This document shows positions 47,236 through 61,294 of a stretch of 64,000 nt of DNA, one piece after another. The notes beneath the pieces were generated by a model. The model had not been told where the DNA came from. It worked only from the letters and a program-made list of their open reading frames with translations, and made no database searches. The position numbers were made by a program, and so were the translations under genes. The DNA is from Octopus bimaculoides (lineage: Eukaryota), in NCBI RefSeq assembly GCF_001194135.2, contig NC_068982.1, positions 185,184,446-185,248,445 on the forward strand. The letters run 5' to 3'. Within the stretch, counting starts at the first letter, position 1, and each line of letters starts with the position of its first letter.

Positions 47236-48039
47236 TATATATATCATGTGTAGTAAGGAAAGTGTTAAAATTATTTTGATGGTGTTTCTGTACCAATATT
47301 ACCCACAATTCCTATTATAATAGACATAAATGTTGCCAATATTCTCCACATTCCTTCTATTTCTAATTCCAGTTCTGTGTTTTATACATAAGATTTTCTG
47401 CACATTGCTCAAACGTACTTCAGTTTAATGGTATAAAAACTCCACCTATGTGTCTGATACTAGTTCTGGGTTATTTTTACATAACACATCTGCATTTTCA
47501 TGCAAAAAGATATTCAGCTTGTTAGGATAGAAAATAAATCAACCGAGCATCAACAATCTGAAGACCAAGACTAAATACTTGCAACAAAGTGTATTTTTGC
47601 TAAAAGCACTCAAAGGCTTCCATACAATTTCCATCTAACAAAATTCATTCACACTTCTATGGTGAAAGACAACCAAGGTGTTGTGTAGTGGGACTGATCA
47701 CAAATTCGTGTTAGTTGTAAACTCCTTAAAAAGTTTACTGTGCCCAGTTGTGGCTTCAGATTCAATCACAAGCACTCGTGTGTGAAAGAGGAAGTGGTGC
47801 TTGGTTTATGTCAGGGTAACAAACTAGATATATCTTGTTACATATGGGGATGTACGAAAAAAAAAAAATTTAGACTATAAAGAATCAAATGCATGTGCAA
47901 GTGTAAACACAGGTGTATTTATATGTATATTTGTGGATATGTGTGTGTGTATACATATACACACATAAAAGAACACTTCCAAACATATGACGTATATACG
48001 CATATACTTTTGTTCTGCTAACGTAATCAAACACCTGTG

Positions 48040-48121
<82 letters not shown>

Positions 48122-48407
48122 ATGTATATATATATATATAATTTATTTTGACTGATCTAGTAACCTGTTACTCTGGAATTTGCCCAAAGTTGCTGCCGGA
48201 CGCATTCAGACAAAGAGATATTTCTCATCTTTTTAAATTATATATCTAGGTCACCTCTCTGGAGTGTGAAAGTCATAAGGTTATAAAGAAAAATATAGAT
48301 ATGTATGTATGTATGTATGTGTGTGTGTGTGCATGCACGTGCACACACACATACAGATATATACATCATACATGCATACACATAAAAACAGGAAGGACCC
48401 AACTACA

Positions 48408-48439
<32 letters not shown>

Positions 48440-48554
48440 CATACAAAGTTATAGTTTGAGCACTTCTTATTACAGCCCTGTATTAATTCTATTAGTTTTC
48501 TAATACAAAATTGTTAATATTGAATAATTTTATATATATATATATATATATGCA

Positions 48555-48770
48555 TGATGGGGTGCTGAAGAGTTCCTGTCCTTGAGGGTGTTGCAAAAGG
48601 CCGGGTTGGAGGCCCAACTTTCCAAGTTCTTTTACAGGGCTTAGAAAAACTGAAGGACTGCTGCAATAAATATATGACTCTGAGAGGGAGAATATGCTGA
48701 ATAAAATCATAATTAATTGATCCTCTTGTACTTTCTTTTACCCAAAACCAGGAACTTTTCAACGCTCCAC
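48555..48770. mobile_element. Mariner-type MITE (second, longer copy)
   Basis: Shares TTTACAGGGCTTAGAAAAACTGAAGGAC...AATCATAATTAATTGATCCTC with 43921-44085. Confidence 0.6.
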
Positions 48771-50326
48771 CCACTCACACACATCTGTGTGTGTGTGTGT
48801 GTATCATCATCATTTAAAGTTCACTTTTCCATGCTTGCATGGGTCAGACAGAATTATGCATATANNNNNNNNNNNNNNNNNNNNNNNNNNNNNNNNNNNN
48901 NNNNNNNNNNNNNNNNNNNNNNNNNNNNNNNNNNNNNNNNNNNNNNNNNNNNNNNNNNNNNNNNNNNNNNNNNNNNNNNNNNNNNNNNNNNNNNNNNNNN
49001 NNNNNNNNNNNNNNNNNNNNNNNNNNNNNNNNNNNNNNNNNNNNNNNNNNNNNNNNNNNNNNNNNNNNNNNNNNNNNNNNNNNNNNNNNNNNNNNNNNNN
49101 NNNNNNNNNNNNNNNNNNNNNNNNNNNNNNNNNNNNNNNNNNNNNNNNNNNNNNNNNNNNNNNNNNNNNNNNNNNNNNNNNNNNNNNNNNNNNNNNNNNN
49201 NNNNNNNNNNNNNNNNNNNNNNNNNNNNNNNNNNNNNNNNNNNNNNNNNNNNTATATATGTATATATATACATAAAGAGAGAGAGAGAGGTGGGGGTGAG
49301 AGGGATGAAATATTATGATACCTGGTGCCATACATGCTTTCTCATTGTTCTATGTAATGAATCTATTGGCTCTCAGCCTGAATTCTTAATATCTCTTGTA
49401 TTTATATAACTACGCTGACACTACCTCCACCACTGCCATTATCACTAGTATATATATATAGTTAACTCGCAAAGATAATGTCAAGTAAGGACCAGGCAAG
49501 GCTGTGAGGTTCAGGTATAGCTGTGTGGTTAAGGAACTTGCTTTCGAAACATGTAGTTTCAGGTTCAATCCCACTGAGTGGCACCTCGTAAAAGTGTCTT
49601 CTATTAAAGCCTTGTGAATGTATTTGGTAGACAGAAACTGAAAGAAGCCCATTGTATATCATCATCATTTAATGTCTGCTTTCCATGTTGGTAATGGGTT
49701 GAATGATTCAACAGGATCTGTTTGACACTCTGTCAGTTATGATGATGGAGGTTCCAGTTGATCTGATCTATAGAACAGCATTCTTTTATTCTTTTATTTG
49801 TTTCGGTCATTTGACTGCGGCCATGCTGGAGCACCGCCTTTAGTCGAGCAAATCAACCCCAGGACTTATTCTTTGTAAGCCTAGTACTTATTCTATCGGT
49901 CACTTTTGCTGAACCGCTAATTGACAGGGACGTAAATGCACCAGTATTGGTTGTCAAGCGATGTTGGGGGAACAAATACAGACACACAAACAATAGATTT
50001 CTGTATTAGTAAAGTACATGTTACAGCCAACACAGCATGCTCAATGGAACACAACAGGCAACAAGTTAGTTTACATTTAACATTTATACATATTGTGTGT
50101 GTTTGTAAAAACTTGTACTACAATAATACTTTTAGTCAATAGTAAAATTCACCATTATCATTATCATCATTTTATTGTCAGCCTCCCATGCTGGCATGGG
50201 TTAGCTTCTGTGCCTGTTGGAAATAAAAAAAAATCTTGTGCTATAAATTTCATTTATTTTTATCTATTGCTCAATCCTCAGTGCTTTACAATACAGGCCA
50301 TAGAAAATGCTGTTAATTATCAATTA

Positions 50327-51009
50327 TCTATATACTATTAAAAGTGAAGTTCAATCCTACTTGCTTGCAATGTTACACAGCCAAACTGCCACATAATAAG
50401 AAAATACTTTGAAAGTAAAGTACCCCTGAAATGTGAATGAAACAAAGTTTCGCGTAAATCGGACCAGCAGTTATTGAGATATTCGGAGTTTTGGGGTATA
50501 AATACCCAAAACGGTGCATAATGGGAAAATACTCCAAAAATAACTTCACCCTGAAAGGGAAGAAACTCTAGCCTTTCCATTAGACACATTATGATAGCCA
50601 AAACATTTTAAAGTGAAAATGACTTTAAAAATACAGTAAATATTTCGTAAAATAGTTCGTTACCTTGGTGTGAAGTAGTTTTTTTTCCATAGGTTTCTTT
50701 TGAGTGCATTCAACGTATCTCACCTCCAAAGATTTGGCTGCTATTTCTAGCATGCCCTGCTGCCATGTAACAGCTATTTGCAATAAAGGACCCAAAATAT
50801 CTGTTGTGTGGTAGCGGGGTGTGCAAGAAATAGCAGCCAAATCTTTCCTTTTCCAAGGAAAGGAGCCATTTACATGTGATTTTGATGTCACATTCATTGA
50901 AAGCACGCAAAATAACATGAAAAAGAAAAAAAAAAAAACCCACAAAGCAAAACTCCGTTGTTTGGAAACTCAGACTTCCCAGAGACCCAACGGGTCATGG
51001 GTAGTCTAG
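50327..51009 (+). mobile_element. Complete non-autonomous Helitron
   Basis: A|TCTATATACTATTAAAAG 5' end; 3' hairpin GACCC-AAC-GGGTC (50984-50996), then CTAG|T at 51006-51010; no TSD. Confidence 0.75.
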
Positions 51010-51335
51010 TTAGTGTTTGTTTGTTTGTCCGTGGACAAGATATCTCAAGAACTGCTGCATGGATTTGGATGAAATTTTCAGGGACGTTTGCCCTCGTGAC
51101 TGGCACAAACTGATTAGATTTTGGGATCAATCCAGTACTGGACAAGGATTCTGGATTATTTTTGTTTTTTTTTTACTTAATTTTTGAGAGTGGTCAGGTT
51201 CATTTTTAGTATTCTCGTTTGTGAGAGCAGTTGAGTTAATTTCAGATATTCTCATTTTAAAAATCACCTCTGGCTAATCATTGCGAGGACGTTGGTGTTG
51301 CTTTGGCAGATGTTTGTGCTCTCTGAGTGCTCTTA
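51010..51335 (+). mobile_element. Helentron/DINE-like non-autonomous fragment
   Basis: (GTTT)n, GATATCTCAAGAACTGCTGCATGGATTTGGATGAAATTTT core and GCTCTCTGAGTGCTC terminus; family assignment by recalled motif only. Confidence 0.4.
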
Positions 51336-51599
51336 TTTATTATTGTCATTTTGTCATTGTAAGTGTAGTCAAGGTGACAAGCTGGCACAGTCATTACCAT
51401 GCTGGACAAAATGTTTAACAATATTTCTTCTGGCTTTACATTCTAAGTTCAAATGCCACCAATGTTGACTTTGGCTTTCATCCATTCAGGGTCAATAGAA
51501 TAAACACCAGTTGAGCATTAGGGTCAATGTAATTGATTAACCATTTTCCACAAAATTTCAGGCCTTCTGATTATAATAGAAAGAATTATTATAAGCAAG

Positions 51600-52105
51600 C
51601 CAAGTGAGACCTAAATCTAAGGCCTCAGCCAGTCCACTTATGCATACCTTCTTTCATTGGACACTAAACTCCACTTGCGAAGACGTGTTGAGGCAAGTGA
51701 AATCGAAATCGAATTAAATTTGACGACTGGCACCCATGCCAACATCGTCTCCTTCATTGGACACGAAACTAGGTTTGCGAAGACCTGTTGGGGCAAGTGA
51801 AAGAGAAATCGTCATGGCACCTGTGCCCAGCATCGCCTTCCTGGCACTTGTGCCAGATGGCATGTGTAAAGACATTCGAGTGAGATCGTTGCCAGTGCCG
51901 CCGAACTGGCTCCTGTGCGGGTGGCACATAAAATACACCATTTTGAGCGTGGCCGTTGCCAGTACTGCCTGACTGGCCTTCGTGCCGGTGGCATGTAAAA
52001 GCACCCACTACACTCGCGGAGTGGTTGGCGTTAGGAAGGGCATCCAACAGTAGAAACTCTGCCAAATCAGATTGGAGCCTGGTGTAGCCATCTGGTTCCA
52101 CCAGT
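51600..52105 (+). mobile_element. Long family C copy with an internal ~100-bp duplication
   Basis: TTCATTGGACAC.AAACT...TTGCGAAGAC.TGTTG.GGCAAGTGAAA occurs twice, then the canonical family C tail. Confidence 0.65.
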
Positions 52106-52744
52106 CCTCAGTCAAATCATCAAACNNNNNNNNNNNNNNNNNNNNNNNNNNNNNNNNNNNNNNNNNNNNNNNNNNNNNNNNNNNNNNNNNNNNNNNNNNN
52201 NNNNNNNNNNNNNNNNNNNNNNNNNNNNNNNNNNNNNNNNNNNNNNNNNNNNNNNNNNNNNNNNNNNNNNNNNNNNNNNNNNNNNNNNNNNNNNNNNNNN
52301 AACATGCATGGCAATATGGTGGTCAGTCTGAAATGGCAAGTATTTAATGAGAGAAAAGGGAGAAATGAAAGATATACAAGCATATTAGCAAAGAAGAAGC
52401 TTAAATATTTACATTTGAGAAACTTAGGAGAGAAGTTGGTTGAAGTAGCAAATACCCAGTCAACATATCTGAGTGTATAAGTGGAGATAGGAGAGAAAGA
52501 GACATCAGATAATTTAAGTAAACAGATTTTAAGGGATGTAAAAGTAACTTTAAGAAGTCTATACCGAGTGTGTGTGTGTGTGTGTGTGTGTGTGCAGGGA
52601 AGAGTGAGTTACACACACATATATATACACAAATATACAGGCATGGACTATGTGTCAAGAAGTTTGCTTCACAAACATGTGTGTGCATGTGTGTGTTACT
52701 GTCCCTCTGCTTTGACCTTGCATGATAGTTATAAATAAGTGTTA

Positions 52745-52925
52745 CCATCATGAAAGTAGTGTCAACAATGCTATGTGGCAGTGAATTATGGACTGCAAAT
52801 GCAGATGATATGTGAAGACTAGAAAGAAATGAAGCTAGCATAGTCTGTTGGATATACAATATCAGAGTGTATGAATGACCAAGTGCAAATGTTTTAAGAG
52901 AAGAACTGGGTATAAGAGGCATCAG
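52745..52925 (+). mobile_element. RTE-like LINE fragment
   Basis: TMLCGSELWTANADDM*RLERNEASIVCWIYNIRV...VLREELGIRGI. Confidence 0.65.
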
Positions 52926-52930
52926 ATAAA

Positions 52931-54148
52931 TGAGGGTTGGCTGAAAGGTTCATAGGCTGACTATGAATGAGTGAGGCTAGAGCTGTGAAATCTTGCATGC
53001 ATTAATTTCAACACTTCTTATTAATAACTGCATCATTTCTTTCCAGGTAAACTGACATCTGATTGTTTAAAGAATACTTCAAAAGTAACTAGTAGTGACT
53101 TCTCTTGAAAATGGAGAAAACTTGGCATCATGGTGTTATCAAGTACCTACAGAAAAAGGGCTTAGCCTCCAATGACATTCATGCTGACATGCTTGCTACA
53201 CTAGCGGGGGGGGGGGGTAACACTCAAACTTTAACAACAGTGAAAAGTGGGCAGTTGAATTTAGTAAGGGAAGGGTGAGTCTTGAAGATGACCCAAGGTC
53301 TCAACATCCTACAACTGCCACCACTGAGGAAAACATTGATCGTGTTCACCACATGGTGATGGATGATAAGTCATTGACTAGAAACCAAATAGCCAATGCT
53401 ATTAGCATATCCTGTGAGAGAACTGAAAATATTCTGCACAATGAACTTGGCATAATGAAGGTTTCTGTTTGATGGATGTCACATCTGACAGCTGATCAAA
53501 AGCACACCAGGCTGATGACATCACAGGAAAATCTGACATTGTTTAAAGCAGATCCAGATGGATTCCGTGAACATTTCCTAAGCCAGGATAAATGTTGGCT
53601 TCAACATTTTGAGCCAGAGACAAAGAGGTAATTAATGCAGAGGCAACATTCCTCCTCACAGCTCTAAAGAAGACCAAAGTCGTTTCATTTGCAAGGAGGG
53701 TAATAGCCTCAGATTTCTGGGATGCAAAAGGCATTTTGTTTATTGACTATTTTCAAAAGGCTATCAAGACCAAATACCCAGGAAAACTGATGAAAGGAGT
53801 TTTGACAATGCTCCAGGATGGAAGTCCTTGGTTTCAATGGCTGCTGTGAGTGACTGTGGCTTTGAACTGGTTGATCAACCTCCCTGATTTAGCCCCATCT
53901 GACTATCATCTGTTCCCCAAAATGAAAAAAACACCTGGTTGGGAACTAGTGCCACAATGACAATGATGTCATATCTGCTGTTGCTACCAGTCACTTTTGA
54001 AGTATTCTTTAAACAATCAGATGTCAGTTTACCTGGTAAGATATAATGAAGTTATTAATAAGAAGAGCTGAAATTAATGCATGCAAGATTTCACAGCTCT
54101 AGCATCATTCCTTCATAGTCAGCCTGGGAAATCTTCAGCTCACCTTTG
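52931..54148 (+). mobile_element. Decayed mariner (D,D34D) element with 165-bp inverted ends
   Basis: Transposase relic from ATG 53111 (SLEDDPRSQHPTTATTEENI, DNAP, PDLAPSDYHLFPKMKK); 52931-53095 inverted at 53984-54148; ends with TA. Confidence 0.85.
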
Positions 54149-54800
54149 TAGAATGCAAGGGAGAAGTTGCAGTGGTTTTGTCATGTGCTGTGTATGGATG
54201 AGCACAGCTGCCAATCAGTGAATGTGGATGACACCTCTGGAAGATGGAAACCCAGGAAGATGAAGGATGAAATAGAGGAGGTTGACATCAGATTGTTGAG
54301 CTCTATGGAGGAAATAACAAAGGACCTAAATGATTGGTGACTTTCTGTGCTCAAGAAGATCCATCCTTTCAGCACAAAATGAGATCTTAAAAGCACATCA
54401 ACCAAGAAAGACAATGCTTCCATGAAGAGATCTAATAAGAATGAAACATGCTCAGACTTATTACTATGCTTGTAGATAAATGTAGCATTTGCTTTTGTAC
54501 TAATGTACATTTGTTTTCTCTCTCCACCTCACTACATGCATAAGTCTAGTTTTTATCAACTGAGATTTTTGAATTTGTCTAGATCAAATTTAAGCATTAT
54601 TCCAATGCTTACCTCCCCTTAATACAGGGAGAGTCTGGATTGAAGAAAGTTTTTCTGTATCAATGCTCAGGTAACAAATACTAAGTACTGTTTTACATAC
54701 ACGCAAGTACACAGACATACAACTACATACATAAACACATAAACACAAACACACACATACAGGTGCTAATGAGCTTTTTAATTCATTAGATTATCTGATA

Positions 54801-56354
54801 CTAGCAAATGTCACCCAGTCTGGTGGCTGAAGTAGAAGCACTCCAAAGCATACATTGTTCTTCTGTCTTGCTTGCCCACAAGGAGTGCAAAACAGGAGCA
54901 TTTTTTGTTTTTCTGCCAATGTAACTCTTGCTTTTGTGAGGCATCCTATCAAAAATCTGTAATTGAGTGAATCTTTATAAAATCAATTAAATCTACCTTG
55001 TTGCTGTTTGCAAGCACTAAATATGGTATTTCAACACGAAAAAATTCCCACAACGCTAAAGCACACAATTATTTGTAGTGAAGCACCAAATGGCACGTGG
55101 ATGCGGACAGTTGTGAATGAGTATTCACATCTATAAGCACATGTGGACAGAACGTATTTCAAGAAAATCAATATTCTACCGGCCAAAAGGATAAACAAGN
55201 NNNNNNNNNAAGGGTATTTCTAAGAAATAATCACACTTAAATGCGAAATTTAAATAAAAAGAATGTGCAAACTGAAACGGTTTCTAGGACTTCTCTGAAA
55301 ATGAAAGACAGCCAAAACTGGGCTTCCTTAGGGAAAAAAGGATGTTAGCATTAAAACTACCTTATATTAATTTGGAAGTAATGGAAATTCTTTATAAATA
55401 AAGTTATTTAAGTCCACGTAACCGGAAAACTTCAAATGGGATATAGGGTTCGGCAATATGCGATGTTGACCGATAAAGTAGCAAACCTTGTGGATGAGTA
55501 AGGTACCAGAACCGACCAAACAGTACTTTTTTTAGAATGTATCTGATGAATTTGATTTGTAAAATTCGTAAAAATGATATGAAGAATTTGCCAAAATATC
55601 ATTCAGTTGTGCTTACTGATAAACAATAACTCATAATTTGAAATATTGATACTAATATCCCTTCTTCATGAAATGGAATTAAGGATTAAACAATGGCTAT
55701 GTTCATGTCAAATCAAGTGAGTCATGCAAAAGTTGAAAAGTACTGCTCATTTTTTGTTTTATATAAGTTTTAGATATTTGTCACCCAAATTTCCACGCTC
55801 AATCACCAATCAAATTGTCTTTTTCTACAGTCAATTGAATTTTGTTGTGAGAAAATATTCACACAGTTGATTGATCACCAATTAGTGCCATTTATTCATT
55901 ATTCAAAATAACTGCCTTGTCTTCTTACTCTTTTGTATCAGCTTATTTATTAAACACAGAATGACATGCCTGGATGCACGTGTTCGAGTACAGTTCATTC
56001 TAGAATGATTTCGATTTTTACTGCAATCACATATGTTCTTTCATGAAATTGCTTAGAAAACTAAATGCAATTAATGCTCTGATGCTGATTGGACGAACAT
56101 AGCGGCTGTTCATACATGATTTTCAGAATGATAGCCAATAAGTGTCATTGAAATCAGATTTTCCATCAAGATTTTGATTAAAAAAGGGCAAATCTCACTT
56201 TGAAACTAATGATTATGTTATGAAATTTGACTGATGCACCACTGTGACGTCTTTTACCTGTGTAAAATTTCAGCATAATTAGTTGAAAAATACAGCCGTT
56301 ATAATCTTTTACACACATACATATACAGACAGAATGGGATTTATATATTATAGA
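54801..56354 (-). mobile_element. Probable non-autonomous Helitron (gap inside)
   Basis: Minus 5' A|TCTATAATATATAAATCCC..(CTGT) microsatellite; 3' weak hairpin then CTAG|T at 54804-54800. Confidence 0.5.
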
Positions 56355-56607
56355 TGACCATGCTGGAGTACTGCTTTTAGCAATGACTGTTTTATTGCTG
56401 TTGATGCTGTTTATATATCTGAACAGACATACATGCAGGAAGGCTGATCAAGTCTTTAGAGCATTCAACTTATCAAAACTTGGCCACAATAGGGCACTGT
56501 CATTTGCAGTGACTGCTGATGCTGTTTCTGAAAGGATGGAAAAGAAATGGAGAGACTGAGAGCAAGAGAGAGAGAGGGAGGGGAAGGAGAAACGGAGAGT
56601 TACTTAC

Positions 56608-56703
56608 CTGCTCCAAGCAGAGCTTGACGTGTTGGTGCCTGTCCGGAGGCAGCTTGCAATACATTGCCCATGTACACCTCCTGCACATCTTCACTGCTAA
56701 TAC
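56608..56703 (-). CDS. ACAT1: ACAT1 exon (human exon 4 equivalent)
   Basis: 96 nt, phase 1-1; (G)[31 protein letters not shown](G); AG/GT boundaries. Confidence 0.93.
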
Positions 56704-56823
56704 CTAACAGGAAATAACAGAGACTTATTGAATGGACACTTCTTATAAATCTACAGTAAATGCCAATACATATACATACAAGAAGATCCATACATACACA
56801 CACTCAAACATTATTCACACACA

Positions 56824-57011
56824 GGGCGGGTGACACGTAAAAGCACCCACTACACTCTCTGAGTGGTTGGCGTTAGGAAGGGCATCCAGCTGTAGAAACT
56901 CTGCCAAATCAGATTGGAGCCTGGTGTAGCCATCTGGTTTCACCAGTCCTCAGTCAAATCGTCCAACCCATGCTAGCATGGAAAGCGGACGTTAAACGAC
57001 GACGACGACGA
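56824..57011 (+). mobile_element. Family C copy, well preserved
   Basis: GTAAAAGCACCCACTACACTCTCTGAGTGGTTGGCGTTAGGAAGGGCATCC...GGAAAGCGGACGTTAAACGACGACG. Confidence 0.75.
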
Positions 57012-57814
57012 CACACAGATATATATGCACATAAACACATATACACACAAAGATACTGGCATACACAGAGACAGATATATACATAGAGAGAAAACTTGCA
57101 TACATAGCCAAATATGCATAAACAGATAAGCACACGCCACACTGCATACATGTGAAGGATTATTTCTGGTTGTCAATTGTAATCACTGTCACCATAGAGT
57201 GATCATAGAGTGGTTACAACACAGACAGACCATACACTAATATGATAGACTTCGGTCTCTTTTATTCTTTTATATGGTACAGATATGTCTAGTGACATGA
57301 CGTACACACACGCTGTACTTCACACACACATGCGTGTCTGTGTGATTAAATAAGACCAATATTACATACATGCACACCATACACAGACAACACACACACA
57401 CACACACTATATACTCTAGCCTTACCATTCTATATACATACTACATTCCATACATACACATAAACACAAACTGTACACTATATTCACACATTACAAACTT
57501 TCTACATACTCAGACACATCTTTATACTACACCATACATACAGACACACACACTAACAAATCTTACACAAACAAATACAAGCTTTACACATAGACACACA
57601 ATCAAACATACACACATTATATCATACCATACTACAGACTACGCACCATACACTTACACACACACACACACTATAGACTTCATATGCTATACACTACCCA
57701 TCTCACACCTTCCTCTAGCTGTCCATACTCCTCTACTGCACAAATCTTTGTAATATCACCCAACCAGCTAATTGCTCCAACACTGTTATGACACATTCCT
57801 TAGCATGAACTTAC

Positions 57815-57932
57815 CTGCTTTCTTCAGAGCTTCAGTAATGACCACTGACCCCAGTTTGGGTGCTGGTACCGATGCCATGGCACCCAGAAAGGGAATGATA
57901 GGTGTCCTCACATAGCTGGCTATTATCACATC
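57815..57932 (-). CDS. ACAT1: Mitochondrial acetyl-CoA acetyltransferase (thiolase T2), first exon found (equivalent to human exon 3)
   Basis: caacAG|GATGTG...AAAGCAG|GTaagt on minus; 118 nt; DVIIASYVRTPIIPFLGAMASVPAPKLGSVVITEALKKAG. Confidence 0.9.
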
Positions 57933-58990
57933 CTGTTGCAAATAATAAATCAACAATAAAAATAACATCAACAATAATATATACTCCCACCCTTGTAAAT
58001 TCTTATCAACCATAAAACACACACACACACACACACACGTGCAGACAAACACTAGCATCAATAACATCATTGGCTTTGAGTCAGTCATGTAATATGCTAA
58101 AGATAGAAACCAAATTTCTCAAAAATGACACCCTATTGTCTTATAAAATAATGGGAACATTAAATAATATAACCCTAGATATACTTGATCTGAATAAAAG
58201 ATGTGATGGTCACCACAGGAACGTCTTTGGTTATGGGTCAACTGGGTCAAGGCTGATCTGGGATTAAATGATAACTAAAAATACATAACAAAAGATTAGA
58301 CACTCTATACAGAAAGAGCATCTGGCTGTAGAAACTCTACCTCAACAAATTCCATCTGATCCAGGCAAGCAGAGGAAAGTGGACATTAAACGATGATGAT
58401 GATGATGATGATATACTCAATAGATGCAAGCAGGTGTGTGATTAAGAAGCTGGCTTTGTAACAACATGGTTTTGGGTTCAGTCTGTGCAGCAATTTGAGC
58501 AAGTGTCTTCTACTTTAGCCTGAACAAGCCAATGCCTTATGGACACAATTGGCAGAAACAAACTGCCATATATCATCATCATCATCATCATCATCATTTA
58601 ACGACCGTTGTTCATGCTGGCATGGGTTGGATGGTTTGCCTGGGCTGGCACGCTGGAAGGCTGCACCAGACTCCAGTCTAATTTGGTATGGATGCCCTTC
58701 CTAATGCCAACCACTTTGAGAATGTAATGGGTGCTTTTACATGCCACAAGGGCATGGGTGTCAATTTGCATGACACTGGTATCTGTTATGTCTGCAATTT
58801 TTCTCAGCTCGATGGGTCTTCTCCTCAAGCATGACATAATGCCAAAGGTCTTGGTCATTACCTCCGGGAAGTCTGACACTCGAAAGGAACTCAGCCACTC
58901 TGCTTCTGTGAGGCCCAACACTTGAAAGGAACTCAGCCATTTTGCCTCAGTGAGGTCCAACGTTCAAAAGATGTTCTTTATGTGCCACCA

Positions 58991-59075
<85 letters not shown>

Positions 59076-59457
59076 CATGTATATATAAGCATGCATGTAT
59101 GTATGTATGTATGTATGTATGTATGTATGTGAGTGAATGCTTGCATTCCCTAACTTGTAATGTATAGGTGGTTATAAAGCTACAGTATTAAACAATCACA
59201 CAATATATTGGTGTTGCAAGAAATACCTATATGATGAGTGACAGTAACTTATACAACTTAGGAGCGTTGGATAAAAGGTCTTGCAATGTTTAGTTATAGC
59301 CCTTTAACTTCTAAGTTCAAATCCACAAAATATTGACCTTGCCTTTTATCTTTCCAGAGATAAAACTGTTGCTATACAACCTCTCTATGTTTAATATTGT
59401 AGCTACACAATCACTTTACATTTAATACTGTAGCTATGGAATGCCAACATTCACTCA

Positions 59458-59495
<38 letters not shown>

Positions 59496-61229
59496 GAGAG
59501 ACAGTAAAGAACTATGGTCAATATAACCATCTGTTCACTCCCCTAAAACATGTTTGGCCTTGTGTTTATGTACGAAAATATTCTGAAACACAATCCGCTA
59601 GTGTCCTATTTTTGTTGCATTAATTATTCTTCATCTCCAGGATCACTTTGGAACGACTATGGAACAAGAAAAAAAGTTCAGTATTGCCTTCAAACCATTC
59701 ATTAGGCAGGAAACAATTGATATTTTAAGGGCTTCCTAAATTTCTTGTTCTGACCTTGAAATATTGTGCGATCAACGTTAAACAAAAAGCTGGGTGATGG
59801 AGAAGGCAGAATGTTATAAGTAGCAGTATTACAGATTACTTTAGAGCATGACTTATGTAACCTGCTCTTATGCTGCTCATTAATAAATTTCAGATGAGGT
59901 CATATTTGATGTAGAGATAGGAGGAAATATAAGAATTCAACTAAAATCTAATAAGTTAAGAGAGCACAGGGTGTGCTTCTATGTCAATTTTCTTAAATTA
60001 GCCAAGCTTTTGTTTAATTAACTTAATTGAAATTAGGGTCAAAGACTGCTGTTTTCTAATTTTTGACATTTTATCAGATATTTTGCTTTTCATTTTTATC
60101 TTTTTTGTTTTGTTTTGAAGGTGTTTGTTATTTAACTAGTGGTTTAGAGTTTCATACAAAGTACTATGTGTTTATTTAAGAGGTGGTTAATAACCCTTTG
60201 GAGATCAACTGTTTTTCATACACTGAAGAAGATGGAGTAATTTTAATGACACACAGACACTCATACACTGGTGCAGGCATGGAAATTTGGTGTCCAACTA
60301 TGAGGTTTTGAGTTCAGCTTCTCTGTATGGCACCTTGGGCAAGTGTCTTTTACTACAGCTCTGGGCCAACCAAGCCTTGTGAGTGTGTGTTGTGTATGCG
60401 TGTGCATTTATTCACATGATAAGATTGGAGCCTGGTGCAGCCCACTGGCTTGCCAGACACCAGCCAAACCGTCCAACCCATGCCAGCATGGAAAGCAGAT
60501 GTTAAACGATGATGATGATGATAATGATAGCTGTAAATAAGCATTGTCATCATTATAAGCAGCGTTGATCATTTCCAACTTCCTGTGAAAATATGTCTGC
60601 CATGGGGAAATATTACCTCACTTGGTAAAGGTTGGTGACAGGAAAGGCATAATAAAACTGCTTTACAGATGGTGGTGATGATGTTGATGATGTGTGTGCG
60701 TGTCTGTGTATCTATGCACACAGTTGCAGGAATGAAGAATGGCTGCATGGTTAAGAAGTTCACTGGGATTTATACCATTGTGTGTCATCTTAGGCTAGTA
60801 CCTTTACCATAGCATTGGGTTGACTGAAGCCTTGCAATTCAATTTGAGCAGACAGAAAGTGTCTGAGGAACTGTAATTCAAAGGTTCAACCTTGTTACAT
60901 ACAAAGAATTTATTTGGGAATTATCTTATGGGAGCGTGTCTGTGAAATTCTCAACCACTTCACACACAGAAATTCAATGAGTTGACAGTTCTGTCAATAG
61001 AACAATTGGACACTCCTGCTGTAATAACTTCACTTGATTTATTATGACATTTAAATACACAAAAAAAACAGGAAAGAGATAAGAAAGGAAAAGAGGGAAA
61101 TGGGAAAACAGCATAAGATGGAGGGGGAGTGGGCAATGGGCCACATATCCCAGAACAAGTGGGATGGTCTGCCGAGCTCTACAGTAATGACTGTGATGGC
61201 CCTGCCACAGACAATAGCCAGCTCCCCCC

Positions 61230-61294
<65 letters not shown>

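Noticed and set aside
48717-49409. Overlapping 139-230 aa ORFs (also at 14470-15294, 26543-27070, 60974-61717)
   Set aside because: They are open only because they run through N gaps and (AT)n tracts.
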